Positions 1 through 12,139 of a stretch of 64,000 nucleotides of DNA are shown here, one piece after another. The position numbers and the translations under genes are program-made. Location: NCBI RefSeq assembly GCF_018350175.1, contig NC_058368.1:102984001-103048000 (forward strand), read 5' to 3'. The DNA comes from Felis catus (Eukaryota). Numbering within the stretch: position 1 is the first letter of the stretch; each line of letters opens with the position of its first letter. The notes under the pieces were generated by a model. The model had not been told where the DNA came from and did no database searches. It saw only the letters and a list, made by a program, of their open reading frames with translations.

Positions 1-25
1 ACCGACTGCGCCACCCAGGCGCCCC
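1..25 (-). mobile_element. Can-SINE 5' end (young feline type), cut by window edge
   Basis: Reverse complement reads GGGGCGCCTGGGTGGCGCAGTCGGT, the Can-SINE head. Confidence 0.85.
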
Positions 26-152
26 AGAAGCAGAGATTTTTTTACAAGAGAAGGATCGGGGAGGCTTTTGGCATTGCTTGGGGGTTGGAGGAAAGGGTAT
101 GATGTGAATGGACAGAGATGAGGGAAGAACATTTATTTTTTATTAAAAAACA

Positions 153-384
153 TTTTTTTTTTAAATTTTTTTTTTTTCAACATTTATTTATTTTTGGGAC
201 AGAGAGAGACAGAGCATGAATGGGGGAGGGGCAGAGAGAGAGAGAGGGAGACACAGAATGGGAAACAGGCTCCAGGCTCTGAGCCATCAGCCCAGAGCCT
301 GACGCAGGGCTCGAACTCATGGACCGCGAGATCCTGACCTGGCTGAAGTCGGACGCTTAACTGACTGCGCCACCCAGGCGCCCC
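153..384 (-). mobile_element. Young feline Can-SINE nested in tail of next SINE
   Basis: Full head-(CT)n-poly(A) structure on minus strand; GCGCAG and TTCAGCCAGG variants. Confidence 0.95.
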
Positions 385-385
385 T

Positions 386-590
386 AAAAAAATTTTTTTT
401 AATGTTTATTTTTTCAGAGAGAGACAGAGAGCAAGCAGGGGAGGGGCAAAGAGGGAGACGCAGAATCCAAAGCAGGCTCAGGCTCTGAGCTGCCAGCACA
501 GAGTCTGAAGCAGGGTCAAATCCACAAACCACGAGACCATGACCTGAGCCGAAGTGGGATGCTTAACCCACTGAGCTACCCAGGCTCTCC
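386..590 (-). mobile_element. Can-SINE, intermediate age
   Basis: Diverged SINE body; GAAGAAC flanks at ~124 and ~594 act as TSD. Confidence 0.9.
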
Positions 591-600
591 AAAGAAGAAC

Positions 601-639
601 TTTTTTTTAATGTTTATTTATTTATTTATTTTTAAGAGA

Positions 640-671
<32 letters not shown>

Positions 672-814
672 CAGACAGAGAGAGAAGCCCAAGCAGGCTC
701 TGCACTGTCAGTGCTGAGCCTGAAGCGGGGCTCAAACTCACAAACCACCAAATCATGACCTGAGCCAAAATCAAGAGTCACATATGCATAAGTGATGAGC
801 CACCCAAGTGCCCC
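601..814 (-). mobile_element. Older Can-SINE (GACTCTTGATTT-type head)
   Basis: AAATCAAGAGTC motif, (GA)n tract; GATGAGGG(G)AAG at ~117 and ~816 as degraded TSD. Confidence 0.9.
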
Positions 815-3800
815 GGATGAGGGGAAGCCTTCTAATCACAGCTAGAACAAAGTGATGGTGAACAACGGTGTGCATGTAGGAGGCTGTGAAGAAGTACTGG
901 GAAGTCTGTGGAAACTGAGTCACACAGGGAGAGAGGTATGCTGGGGAAAAGACTGCAGGGGAAGGCCAGGAAGGTGGATGGAGGCAGACGACCGATGACC
1001 TGGTACAACACAGGAAGTTTGAAACTCTTTGCTGGCTGGTGACAAGTCACTGAGGACACTGGAACACAGTGTATGGTGGCATATTGTCAATTTCCATCTC
1101 CCACCCCGGAAATATGAAAAACTTGAAGGAGGGGTTAGAAGATAGGCCAATGTGATTCAGCACCAATTCGTTCACTTCTGTGCTAAGACCAGAAAATACC
1201 TTAAAAACAGGGAAGCAGAGTGCCTTAGGACACATACTATAAAAGTTCTCATCGATTGGTCTTAAATTTCCTTTTTATGTCTTAATCGCACGAGCATCCC
1301 CATGTCTTTTCCTGTCTTTCTCTTCCCTTCTCTGCTGGCCACACCCCTCCCTCCTCTACTTTGCCTCAGAGGGACATTATCATCACCAACTTTTATGCAA
1401 CCCAGTTCCAAGTTTCTTAGATCCAAATATGTTTTTATGTGACTGGATGTGAGATAACATACGCTAACAATTTATTATTATTATTATTATTTTGCTTAGG
1501 TCCATAGCTCTATAATTCTAATCTTCTCACCTCTTAGAAATTCTGTTCCCCAGTTTAAAGAGCACCAATATCAAAAGAAGGGACACAGACGCTTTCAAAT
1601 AATCTATACCATTACATGCCTCTGATAGGAAATTAATAGCTCTAATCTTAGTTTCTAGTGGAACTGGCAACTTAAGGGACTCATTAGTTAACTAGCCCTT
1701 TTAATGACTGAAGCTTACCAAAGAGCACAGGGATTTTAGCTTTATGTTCAAAGCTCTGTTTCAAAATAGAAGGAAGGTGTTTGCTGAACCAGCCAGCTTA
1801 TCCTCAGTCATGAATGTATCTCTCACTCAAAATTATCCCTGCTTTCCTCACATTACTATTTGTCTGCTGGTGAATTCCTTGCTACACACTTTGTTTCCAT
1901 GGACAACTCACTAATATATTCAGTCTTTCTACCAGGAAAGAACATAAAACACAACATGACTTTTATACAGTATTTTTTATTTATAAAATTGACCTTTTGC
2001 TTGAATGGACAGTTTTCCTCTTTATATTTGATGCATACACGCGGGATCATAATCAGAAGATTCCCATTGATTGTTCTGAAGCAATTTAGTTCTGGTCATG
2101 GTTGTACTGGATTTGCAATTATACTGAGGAGAGGTATTATTGACTGGGCCTGGTAATTACCACACTGACATCGGATTCAGCCGGAGGTGAAACTAACCTA
2201 GAGCTCCACGTTGGCATTCCTCTAATAAAAGATTTGCACTGATTTTTCCCAACTATGGACAAACAACACATGATGCTATGCTTTGGTCACACAATTTATT
2301 TCACTATGCAGTTCATTTACTTTTGAGCATAAGCAGCTTAAGATACGGACTCGGGAGAGGCAAACACTGAGAGGTTAATAATCGACCCATGACACATATA
2401 CTTTTGTCTAGCAAAACAAATAGGTCACCTTTTGTACTAAAACAATGGTTTCTGGACAGGTCTTATAAGTAGATGGATTACTCTTGCGTGTGTTAAATCA
2501 GATTGAACGTGGCCTTAAGGAGTGAACCTATTTTTATTATGAATTTGAATTTCTTAGTTTGCGTTAAATAAATATTTGCGGATAGCCCCCTAGCAATAGC
2601 TGTGTGTTCATCCTTAGAAAACAGAAATGTTTTATGCACAGTGAACTCAGGTGTAATTGGTAGTTTTCAGTAGGAAATTCAAGGGAACATGCATATAAAT
2701 AAAGGTTATGTGGAACAAGCATTCTCTTTTACCTAACACGAAGATTGAATATATAGAAAAATGTGCTAATTTTTTAAATGTGAAAAATGTGAAAGTCCAT
2801 TGGTCCAGCTGCAGAGATGGTCGGCTTAACCACAGACAGCAGCGTCTACACGCAGCAAGAGAAACGAAAAATATATTCTTCGTACTTGGCATATGATTAA
2901 CAGAAATCTGCAAGGAAAGGGTTCAAAGTAATTCCCAAACAGTAATTCCCAAATATTATGCTTTTGCACTTCTCATAATATGCTTACTTTTATTTTCTAA
3001 TTCAAGTTAGGATGCCCAGAGTAAACCATAAGAATATTTTAAATGACATTCTTCATACCTGGAGCATAAGCTTTTTCTCTATCAACGACTGATGCAATAT
3101 GCCCTCAGGTTGTACTTGTTTTTTTTTTTTTTTAAATTATGATTATAACTTGAAAGTTCAACAGGAAAACATGGTCAGTAACTTCTGTCCATAGAAAACC
3201 AATTTTGTCCACTTGGTCGGCTATAGACCCGTTGTACTGTTATCTGGAGCTGGTTTATTTCACCAAAGATTCTACGAACCTATGAAAGGCTGCTGCTTTT
3301 TCATTGTTTCATGAACTGCAGTAACTCTAGAATCAATATAATACCCTTAAAGGGGTTGTACTCATATCTTTCTGGACAGACCTGTTATTACTGCAGAGTG
3401 TAGATAGGATAGTTCTTTAATGGAAGATCCAACCAACAGCTAAGAAATTCCTCATAGAACTAGGAGGCCCTGATCACATGACATTTCTGATTTAATCCAC
3501 CCAGCCACAAAAGCACCAGTTTAGGAAGAGGCCTATTATAGAATACGTAGTCTGACCATCTCCAATCCATCAGACTTTATGTGAACCAGCCTATTGAGAA
3601 ATCTGCATTGGCCACCTTCTGCGTAAGACAATGCTTTAGCCGACTAACTTTGAGGAGCTGGACCAATGGGAGATGAAGCTGGTTTGAACGATTTCACCGT
3701 AGTCCAGGGAATACAGAGAAGAGAAATTAGTGAACTTTGTGGTTATAGGACGCACATAAATTTCTCCTTAGTCATCTTGCCAAGAGGGCCTTCCATCTCT

Positions 3801-4511
3801 CATAAGAGTAGAGATGATTTGAGGCAAGCCCATCACCACCACACAGAAAAACAATGTTCTTCAGGGGAGACAACAAAAATGTCAGGTAGATATCCTTGCG
3901 GAAATGTGGCAGGATCAGACAATGTCCCCGCTTCTGACATGCCAGGGTGGTGTTAGGAAGGGAGGCCTTCTCTGCCGGCAGGCAGAAGCCACTGGGGATG
4001 GAATAACCGGGTGAAGCAAAAGTTCTGTCTCAAGTATTCAGAAAATTTGGACAAAAGCAAACGTCTGGTTTAAATTAAGTGGATGAGAGACTCAATTCCT
4101 TATTTTGTTTTTGTTGAGAGGGCTGGGTTGATGTACCCAGAAAGAAGGTGAACAACTATATCCTATTTGAGACTCATTAAAATATTTGCAGAGATTTACT
4201 ACCAGTTGCAGAGATCATGTAGGGAGATGTTAGATATAGAATATCTGATCTCCTTACCTGGACCCTAGACTCTTATCACTTAGGGATTACCATGTTTCTT
4301 ACCCATTCTCTACCTAGCATAGTACAGAGCACATAGGGACCAATCTAGGATTGTCTGGGAAATAAATTACTTTTATTATTGCTATCTTCTTTTGCTATAG
4401 AAGCCCCTCCTTGTCATACAGAAGTATACAACCCCTCCTTGTCATACAGCATTATCAGTTAAGAACAAAAGTTTGAAGGGAGTCAAAACATCTAAGCAAA
4501 TTAAAAAAAGG

Positions 4512-4513
<2 letters not shown>

Positions 4514-4558
<45 letters not shown>
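4514..4558. repeat. (GA)n microsatellite
   Basis: Direct read. Confidence 0.95.
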
Positions 4559-4562
<4 letters not shown>

Positions 4563-4891
4563 TTGCAGCCAGAACAGAAGATGTGTAATTTTGAAGCTAA
4601 CATGAAGTTGAAATGAACTAGCACTGGAAAAGGGGGCAAATGATTCATTTCTACCCCACTCAATGTAGGTGCCTTTAACATTGTAAAAAATCATACAAAC
4701 AACCATGATATACACAGTTAACTCAGCATTTTGGATATTTTTTTTAGTTTCAATGATCTTTCAGCAAGTTGTATTGTCTTGGGACAGGTTGATACCCCAT
4801 GACATTACAGTGATCATCTAAAACACTAAGCTGCAATTAGCAGTCAGAGAACAAATAAAAAGCAAATGTACAGATTTAAAACTAACAATCT

Positions 4892-5097
4892 GGGGCACCT
4901 GGGTGGCTCAGTGGGTCAAGAGTTGCACTCTTGGTTTTGGCCCAGGTCATGATCTCATGGTTTCGTGAGTTTGAGCCCTGTGCTGACAGCGCGGAGACTT
5001 CTTGGGATTCTCTTTCTCTCTCTCTCTTCCCGTTGCCTGCTCACACTGTCTCCATCTCTCTCAAAATAAATAAATAAACTTTAAATAAATAAATAAA
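4892..5097 (+). mobile_element. Older Can-SINE with internal deletion
   Basis: GGGGCACCTGGGTGGCTCAG head, CT tract, AAAT tail. Confidence 0.9.
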
Positions 5098-5196
5098 ACC
5101 AATGATAAAAGCTACCTTCTAGGCAAAGGATTGCACTTCTTTGAATATAAGAGTATAGAAACTAAAATACAACACAAGGTACTCTCTCTCTCTCCA

Positions 5197-5457
5197 TATA
5201 TATATACATCTTTAGGTATATGTATATGTATATGTATTTGTGTGTATATATATGTATATATGTATGTATATATGTATGTATATGTATATGTATGTATGTA
5301 TATATGTATATGTGTATGTGTGTATGTATGTATGTGTGTATACACATATATACACACATATATACACATACATATACATATATACACACATATACACACA
5401 TACATACACATATACATATACACACATATATACACACATATATACATACACATATAC

Positions 5458-5488
<31 letters not shown>

Positions 5489-5520
5489 CATATATATATA
5501 CACACACACATATATACACA
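5197..5520. repeat. Compound (TA/TG)n-(TA/CA)n low-complexity repeat
   Basis: Alternating purine-pyrimidine run; produces the six spurious long ORFs. Confidence 0.95.
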
Positions 5521-6489
5521 TTTAAATGCCATAGTTTCCATTTTAAATACACAGTTAATTGGCTGTCTGAAAGTCAGTATCAGGCAGTTTAATCTAATTT
5601 TGCCTGAGTTTCGGGGAATGATTAACTCTTACATTTGCAAAATTGAGTTAGAATGTTTAGTACAATGCAATATGAGATTGAACCAGATGGGCCCTTCTTT
5701 CTAAATCAGGGGCTTGGAAAATTGCGAATACTCGTTGGAAGGACACCTTGTGAACTGTCCCTCCAGCACCTCTGCACGGCCCCAGCGTGAGCACACAGAC
5801 GACAGTGTGAGCACCTCTCCCCACTCTGGTTACACAGCCTGGGGCCCACAGAGCACCACTTTCCTGTTGTCGTTGTCCGCCATCGTTAGTTAACCGAGAT
5901 CGGGGGAGCGGGTGGGCCTGAGGAATGCTGAACTGAACTGTTGCTCATGTCATTAAAAACTCAACTAGGCAGAAAGCTAGGAACGGAGCAGTTGACAAAG
6001 ATAAAGCCGAGAGCTCTGTGGCTTATCCTTAATTAGGTGTTGGCATTGGTTCTTGTCAAACAAGGGAACGAGTATGTGCTGCAGCACAGTGACGCATACA
6101 GACAGCCCTAGTCACAGTTGGAGAGAACACAAAGTGCATTCAAGCTGGCATTGAAAGGGATTTAGATAAGTACTCGAGGTAACAAAAATCGAAAAAGGAG
6201 GATGATAGCAACAGAAGCTTTAGATGAATTGCAACTGAGTGCACCTTTATTACAGCTTATCAGCCTCCAGACAGCTACAAACCAACCTTCCTAGTGCATT
6301 TCTCTTCGTGCGCTCCTGGATTAAAGGTCAAAGGAACTCAAATTTATATGTTCTGTCTCGCTGTCTCAGCCTCTCCCGTTGCTCACATACATGCGACACA
6401 CATTTCAGGGATCGGGTGTCCCCGGCGTGAAAGCTTCCATTCTTTGAATGAAGTGAAGCCCCTTTCCCAGGGAAAAGGTTCCATTTATT

Positions 6490-6666
6490 TAAAATAATTA
6501 TCTTGTGGGGAGAGGTTGCAAATAATGGAATATTAAAAGGTCGCAAAAATGCTACGGGCGTAAATACAAGCCTGGCAATGGGCCATCCCTAACCGCTCTT
6601 GTCCGTAATTGCGCTTGTATTTTGCGTCCGTGTGACATATTCAAACACCTAATGTTCTGGTTTATT
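6490..6666. other. Imperfect fold-back element, possibly MER121-like ancient conserved repeat
   Basis: ACGGGCGTAAATACAAGC (6554-6571) pairs with GCTTGTATTTTGCGTCCGT (6613-6631); CpGs retained; family call from memory only. Confidence 0.45.
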
Positions 6667-7099
6667 AGAACGCTGTCTATATGTATTCTCAACATACACA
6701 AAAGCTGTGTGTTTTCATAACATGTACAAGCACTTCAGACGGTAAGCCGTGCACATTGCAGCGAGCAGATGGTAGCTCTTATCACAGATAAAAGCACATA
6801 TATATGTTTCTGTAACGACACCCTCAGAGAGAACGGATAAGAGAAGAATCCTCTCCACATCACAGCTTACATTACCCATCTACTTAGGCGGCAAACAGCA
6901 TATGTTTTACTGCTGTGGAAAGGCAGTACTGGAGACGAAAATATGATTAAGATCAACTCAGAAATAACCTGGAGGATACATTTTTTAAAAGCGGGCTAAA
7001 AACGGAAAGTTAGGACTGTGTGTGTGTGGGTACACGTGCGTGTGTACAGTGGGGGGAGCTTTGCGTGTTCAGCAAGTGAGACAGCAAAGAACACATCTT

Positions 7100-7289
7100 G
7101 GGGTTGCTAGATAAAATGCAAGTTGCCCGGTTCAATTTCAGATCAACAGTGAATACATTTTTAATGTATTTCCCAAATATTGCATCCATGGCTCATGCTG
7201 TATTTTGAACCATTTATACTAAAACCTCATGAACCGTTTATCAGAAATTTACATTTAAATGGGCATCCTGTGTTTTAATTCGCTAAATG
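7100..7289. mobile_element. MER53-like palindromic MITE
   Basis: GGGTTGCTAGATAAAAT...TTTCAGATCAAC...TCCCAAATATTGCAT...TTTATCAGAAATT...GGGCATCCTGTGTTTT...GCTAAAT resembles the recalled MER53 palindrome. Confidence 0.75.
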
Positions 7290-8474
7290 ACCGCAGACTT
7301 GACCTACTGTTCTTGAAGTGTTTAACCAATGTTCCCAGGGTTCCAGGTGAAAAGGAAGTCGTCAACAGGGATATCTATTTTGGAACAGTATGATTCCAGG
7401 TTCTTTCTGCGTACACAAAAACCAGCAAGGGTCTTAAACATTTGTTTCAATGCTGCAGCCCATAACAGAGACAGCAAGGATAATTTAGGACATAGATCCC
7501 TCCACCACCCCCAGCCCTGCCTCTAGAATTTTAGATCCTGGTTTGGAATTATCTAGATAATAGTTGCAGTTTGGCTGTATAAATCAGCTTTTTTTAAAAA
7601 AAAATTATGAATCTGGTTTATTATTTCAGACTAATTTCTATTTGAACTAAAAAAAAAAAAAAACCCCAAAATACAAAACCAAAAAACCAGGAGACAGACT
7701 TTAAACACCCGACATGTACACATTTGTATTCTTATGGTGAGATCAGCATTCAACTGGAAGGTTAAATGGAGTTCAGATCATTTCTTTTTTTATTCTTTGC
7801 TCTGGCTTTTGTCTCACGTCTTTCAGCAAAACTGAATAAAGATGTCTCCATTTTACACCAGAAGATTCAATTACTTTTCCAACGCTGGGTAAACATCTGC
7901 AGATGACCGATCTTAACAAATGTATTTTGATTCCACACAAACTTATGTGACACTTTTGTTTTCTCTCCCTTGAAGAGCAGAGAATAGATTCAAGCCTGCT
8001 TTTCTGAGCCTCAGCCCCCAATACCACTTGCACTGCATTTTTGGCAGGCAGCCAACCAATCTGTGCCGTCCAATGAAACTCTGATGCATCTGCTCCGGGC
8101 ACTGCCGTATATTTCACTTCAGGTCAAAAGCAGGGAGCCAGCAGAATTAACATTACACTAATCTGTAAAGACATTTTCACTGGGCTAGATAGGCTAATGT
8201 TACACAGGCTTTCAAAGCTCCGAGGGTAAGGAGCAACAGTAACTGTCAGGGGAATACTCAGTGGGCAGTGGATTCTGGCCGAGAATATTCCAAGATGAGG
8301 CTAGATGGATGGTTCTAAAGAACGAGGGAATAAAGAACTAACTACCGCTTAAAAAAGACAAGTCGCTATCTTGTTAAGTAGGTATCTTAAACCCAGCTTT
8401 GAATCCTATATTTAGCAGTACAAACTATTATTCTTTTGTGGGTGTGTGTTTATTCCCGTCTTCCCAAAACTTGA

Positions 8475-8480
8475 GCGCGT

Positions 8481-8516
<36 letters not shown>
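8475..8516. repeat. (CA)n microsatellite preceded by GCGCGTGT
   Basis: Direct read. Confidence 0.95.
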
Positions 8517-8518
<2 letters not shown>

Positions 8519-9719
8519 CCTCAAAGCCTACTAAATAAATAATTGATGAAGACGACAACCTCCATTAAAAAACCTAGATGGAAATAGATTACTCTCAGTA
8601 TAGCCTTGGTATTATGAAATCAGAACCACTCCCAAGCCCCTAAAAGATTTTTTAAATAAAAGGAAACATATGGCTAACCTCTACCCACCCCACCCTCCCA
8701 GCCCCCGTCACTATTTTGCTGTTTGTAGAAAACATGTTCGGTTTGGGGATATACAGCTCTGTAATCAATTGCTCGTTAAACATAACCTACCAAGGACTTT
8801 ATTATAGGCCCTTGATGCAAAATATACTGAAGGAAAATACTGTGAAAGCAGATTAATGTATACAGTGGAAATTTAATACCAGGAACCAAACGGGCCTTTT
8901 TCATTTCCCTAGTTCTTTGGCTGGGGGTGGGGCGAAGCAGTTTAAGATTCATGCCTTTAGGCACATCAGAAACCATTAAGAACTACATTTCAGGAAATTG
9001 TAATGAATAAAAATTCAATTTAGACTGCTTGATTTTCTTTTAGCAGAAGACGGAAAGTGTTTGGCTGGAAATGAACTATTTGAAAGTCCCCACAATTAGG
9101 AAGTATACAGCTATGTTTTTACTATAATTTAAAGTTATTCAGAGTTGATGTGAAAAATTACTTTGTGCTAGAATAATATATTTCCCTCTAGATATAAACA
9201 TGCTATCTCTATAATGTAAAAAGTAACAAAACATCCTCATAATTGCACTTTTCTTTCCTGGTAACAGAAGTAAAAATCTAGGGTCATATATTTTGAAGTC
9301 TTCACTTTTCTTTTTTTAAACTTAAATATGAAAAGCTGTTTGAAAATTGGTAAAGCCAACAGACTTTCCAGTCTCAGAAAGTATTAAAATCGGGCAAGCA
9401 ATTTTGTCATACTGGCTTAACACGTAGGGTCTGTATATTCCTAGTCACAAAAATTCGCTTATAAAAGGAACTAAATTTGCATAGGATTGAAGACCCTTCC
9501 CCCCCACTTTTTTTTTTTTTTATAGTTCCTAGTCTAAATGGAAAATTCACACAGGGCACAGATGAATGAATATACATGAGTCTCCGTGCATTGATATACA
9601 TATGATTTCTCATCTACAAAGACTGGTTTGGAAGACGTGTTATCTGACCAGAAAAGCCTGTAGGAAGTTGAGATAAGGGAGACTGACTCCAATCCCCTCA
9701 GCCTTTGCAATTGCTTTAT

Positions 9720-10400
9720 ATTCTAATCACCGCACTAAGCATCTGTCCCCGGCAGGCAGCTTGTTCAATCTAGCAGATAACGCGTGCACCCGATGGTGGC
9801 TGCGCTGGCCCTTCCCCGCGCGCAGGAGCTAGTGTTCGGTTCCTCTGATTAAACAGGCAGCGGGGAAGCGCTCTCAGACGCTGTAATTGCCTCCGTTATG
9901 AAACATCTTCACCTGTTAGCCAAAGCTAAGTTGAATCACAGCAGAAATTATTAACAGTGGCTGTTTTCAAGCCAGCTTAATTTGAGCTGATGCTGCTGTT
10001 CACTTAACACAGATGAATAGGTGTGCAGGACAAGAGCCTAAGCGGAGATGACACCCGGATGAATATTTGCTCCCAGCCCTGCTGCGGGGAGCTGGCTTGC
10101 ACAACAACACGCGATCGTTAAAAAGCGAAATGGGGGTGGGCACTGGACGGGACCCACTCCTCTGCCGTCGCCTTCTGTGCTGGGGACAACTTCCTGACTG
10201 ATGGCAGCTTTTGACAGCGACATCATTTTTTCAATTAGTTTCCACAAATGTTGGCAAACACAAACTGGTTTTGGTGGGGGGGGAGGGGAGGAGGGGGGGG
10301 CGGGGGGCGTGCACCATGGTATTTGAAACACTACCCTGCTTCAAACGTGGCCAGAAACCCTCTTTTCCGTGAGCCGAAAAGGCATTAAAATTTAATGGTC
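9720..10400. promoter_or_regulatory. Putative enhancer/alternative promoter (CpG-enriched, repeat-free)
   Basis: Local CpG excess (CGCGTGCACCCGATGG, CCCCGCGCGCAGG, CACGCGATCG), G-run tract with GGGCGG at 10272-10308, TAAT/TGACAG motifs; function inferred. Confidence 0.4.
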
Positions 10401-11545
10401 TGCTTTCATTTTCTCTGCAGTGTGCTTCAAGATGATTATAAATTATAGCATTCTGCTTACTTTTGACGGAATAAGTCATGTATCAGCATTTGATTTAGAA
10501 GCAGTGTGTGCCTGACATATGAAACACATCTTGCAGATGTGATTTACCACAGAGCTCTTTTTTTTTTTTTTTTTCATTTCAGAAGAAAAGAGCTGCACAG
10601 GAGGGTCACCGCTGTGACAGTTACAGCCATCCTCATAGTGGGGGTATGACTGCAGCTTCTGAGAATGAACCTGAAAAGTCTGAAAAGTCTGAATATAGCT
10701 GTTTTTTTTTTTCCCCAAACTGAGGAATCCCTTTGTTTGTTCTCTAAAGCTTGACACTGTTCCCAAAGATTTGGCTTTATTATTATTATTTATTTATTTA
10801 TTTTTTTTTTCTGGGAAAAGATGAGTAAGGCATTGCTGGACGGATATGGGAATATCACTCCCCAACGTTGGGTGGGGTGCAAAGGGGCAAGATGTTGTCC
10901 CGCAATCTAAGGGTTGTTAGGGCAGCTGCTGGTTTGTAGGGTCCCTGATGCAATATGACTGGCCGAGGACAGAGGCTGGGAGCAGACGCAGGATTTTTCA
11001 GTTGGATGGGTGTGGGGCTAGAGGCATGGAACATAAAAGCAGTGCCTGACTCTCCTGTCAGCTGCTATATTTCTTCGCCTTACAGGTTATGTCTGCTGGC
11101 AAACCGAGCTGCAGCACAGCCAATCCATTCATATCAGCATCTCTTTACCATCGGTTCTGATGGCGACAGCCGGAACAATCGTGCGGGGACCTAGAGGGAG
11201 CACTAAATGGTTTAACCAAACAATCGGCGGGGCCATATTCTATTTATCAAGTCTGACGAATCACTGTAACAGAGCTCCAGAGGTCCCACACAGTCTTTCA
11301 AAATCATACTTTACGGTAGAAGTGTAACTTGGAAATACGTTCCCCTTCTTTGTCTGTCTGTCAAACCAAACGTATATGCCACTCATCTGTGTGTGGCTTT
11401 ATCAACAACCTTCAGTTACTTCTCTGTCTAGACAGTTTCTTCCAGTACTTGTGATGTTACACTGTAATTATCTGTGGTCTTTCTCCCTCCCCTACTTTAT
11501 CTTCTAAGGTCCAACTCTTTTTTTGTTTTAATTTTAACTTTTTAA

Positions 11546-11755
11546 AAAATTTTTTTTGTTTATTTATTTTTGCGACAGGGAGAGACAGCATGAACAGGGG
11601 AGGGGCAGAGAGAGAGGGAGACACAGAATCCGAAACAGGCTCCAGGCTCTGAGCTGTCGGCACAGAGCCCGACGCGGGGCTCGAACTCACGGACCGCGAG
11701 ATCATGACCTGAGCCGAAGTCGGATGCTTAACCGACTGAACCACCCAGGCGCCCC
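11546..11755 (-). mobile_element. Feline Can-SINE nested in tail of older SINE
   Basis: TSD AATTTTA(A/G)CTTTTTAA at 11530-11545 and 11756-11771. Confidence 0.95.
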
Positions 11756-11771
11756 AATTTTAGCTTTTTAA

Positions 11772-11969
11772 GTTTACTTATTTATTTTGAGAGAAACAGA
11801 GTGTGAGAAGAGGGGGGGCAGAGAGAGAGAGAGGGAGACAGAATCCGAGGTAGGCTCTGCCGTGCCGGGACAGAGCCTGAGTGATGCAGGGCTTGATCCC
11901 ACGGTGAGATCATGACCCGAGCTGAAATCAAGAGTCAGACGCTCAACCCCCTGAGCCACTCAGGCACCC
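11772..11969 (-). mobile_element. Older Can-SINE
   Basis: TSD TTCTAAGGTCCAACTCTT at 11502-11519 and 11970-11987 encloses both SINEs. Confidence 0.95.
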
Positions 11970-12004
11970 TTCTAAGGTCCAACTCTTAACCATTTACCTT
12001 TCCT

Positions 12005-12108
12005 CAGTCACTAGTATAGAGCCTGGCACAAATAGACCCTCATTAACATTTTTGAGTGAGTTAATGTTGACTAAGCGTATAGATGAATAATGTGTAAATG
12101 AATGAATA
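12005..12108 (+). mobile_element. L2 3' end relic
   Basis: GCCTGGCACAAATAGACCCTC...AATGAATGAAT tail. Confidence 0.5.
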
Positions 12109-12139
12109 TTTCAGGTCAAAGGAAGAAGTGAGAGTGTAG

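Noticed and set aside
5112..5704. Several 100-154 aa ORFs
   Set aside because: Translations of the TA/TG/CA simple repeat (Y/I/H/T/M/C/V only)
7773..8117. 114-aa minus-strand ORF in unique sequence
   Set aside because: Non-ATG start, no recognisable family and no clear splice context
10582..10824. Possible exon (poly-T/TTTCAG acceptor, GA|GTAAGG donor)
   Set aside because: No recognisable peptide, internal T-runs and a stop in the best frame; cannot be supported without RNA data
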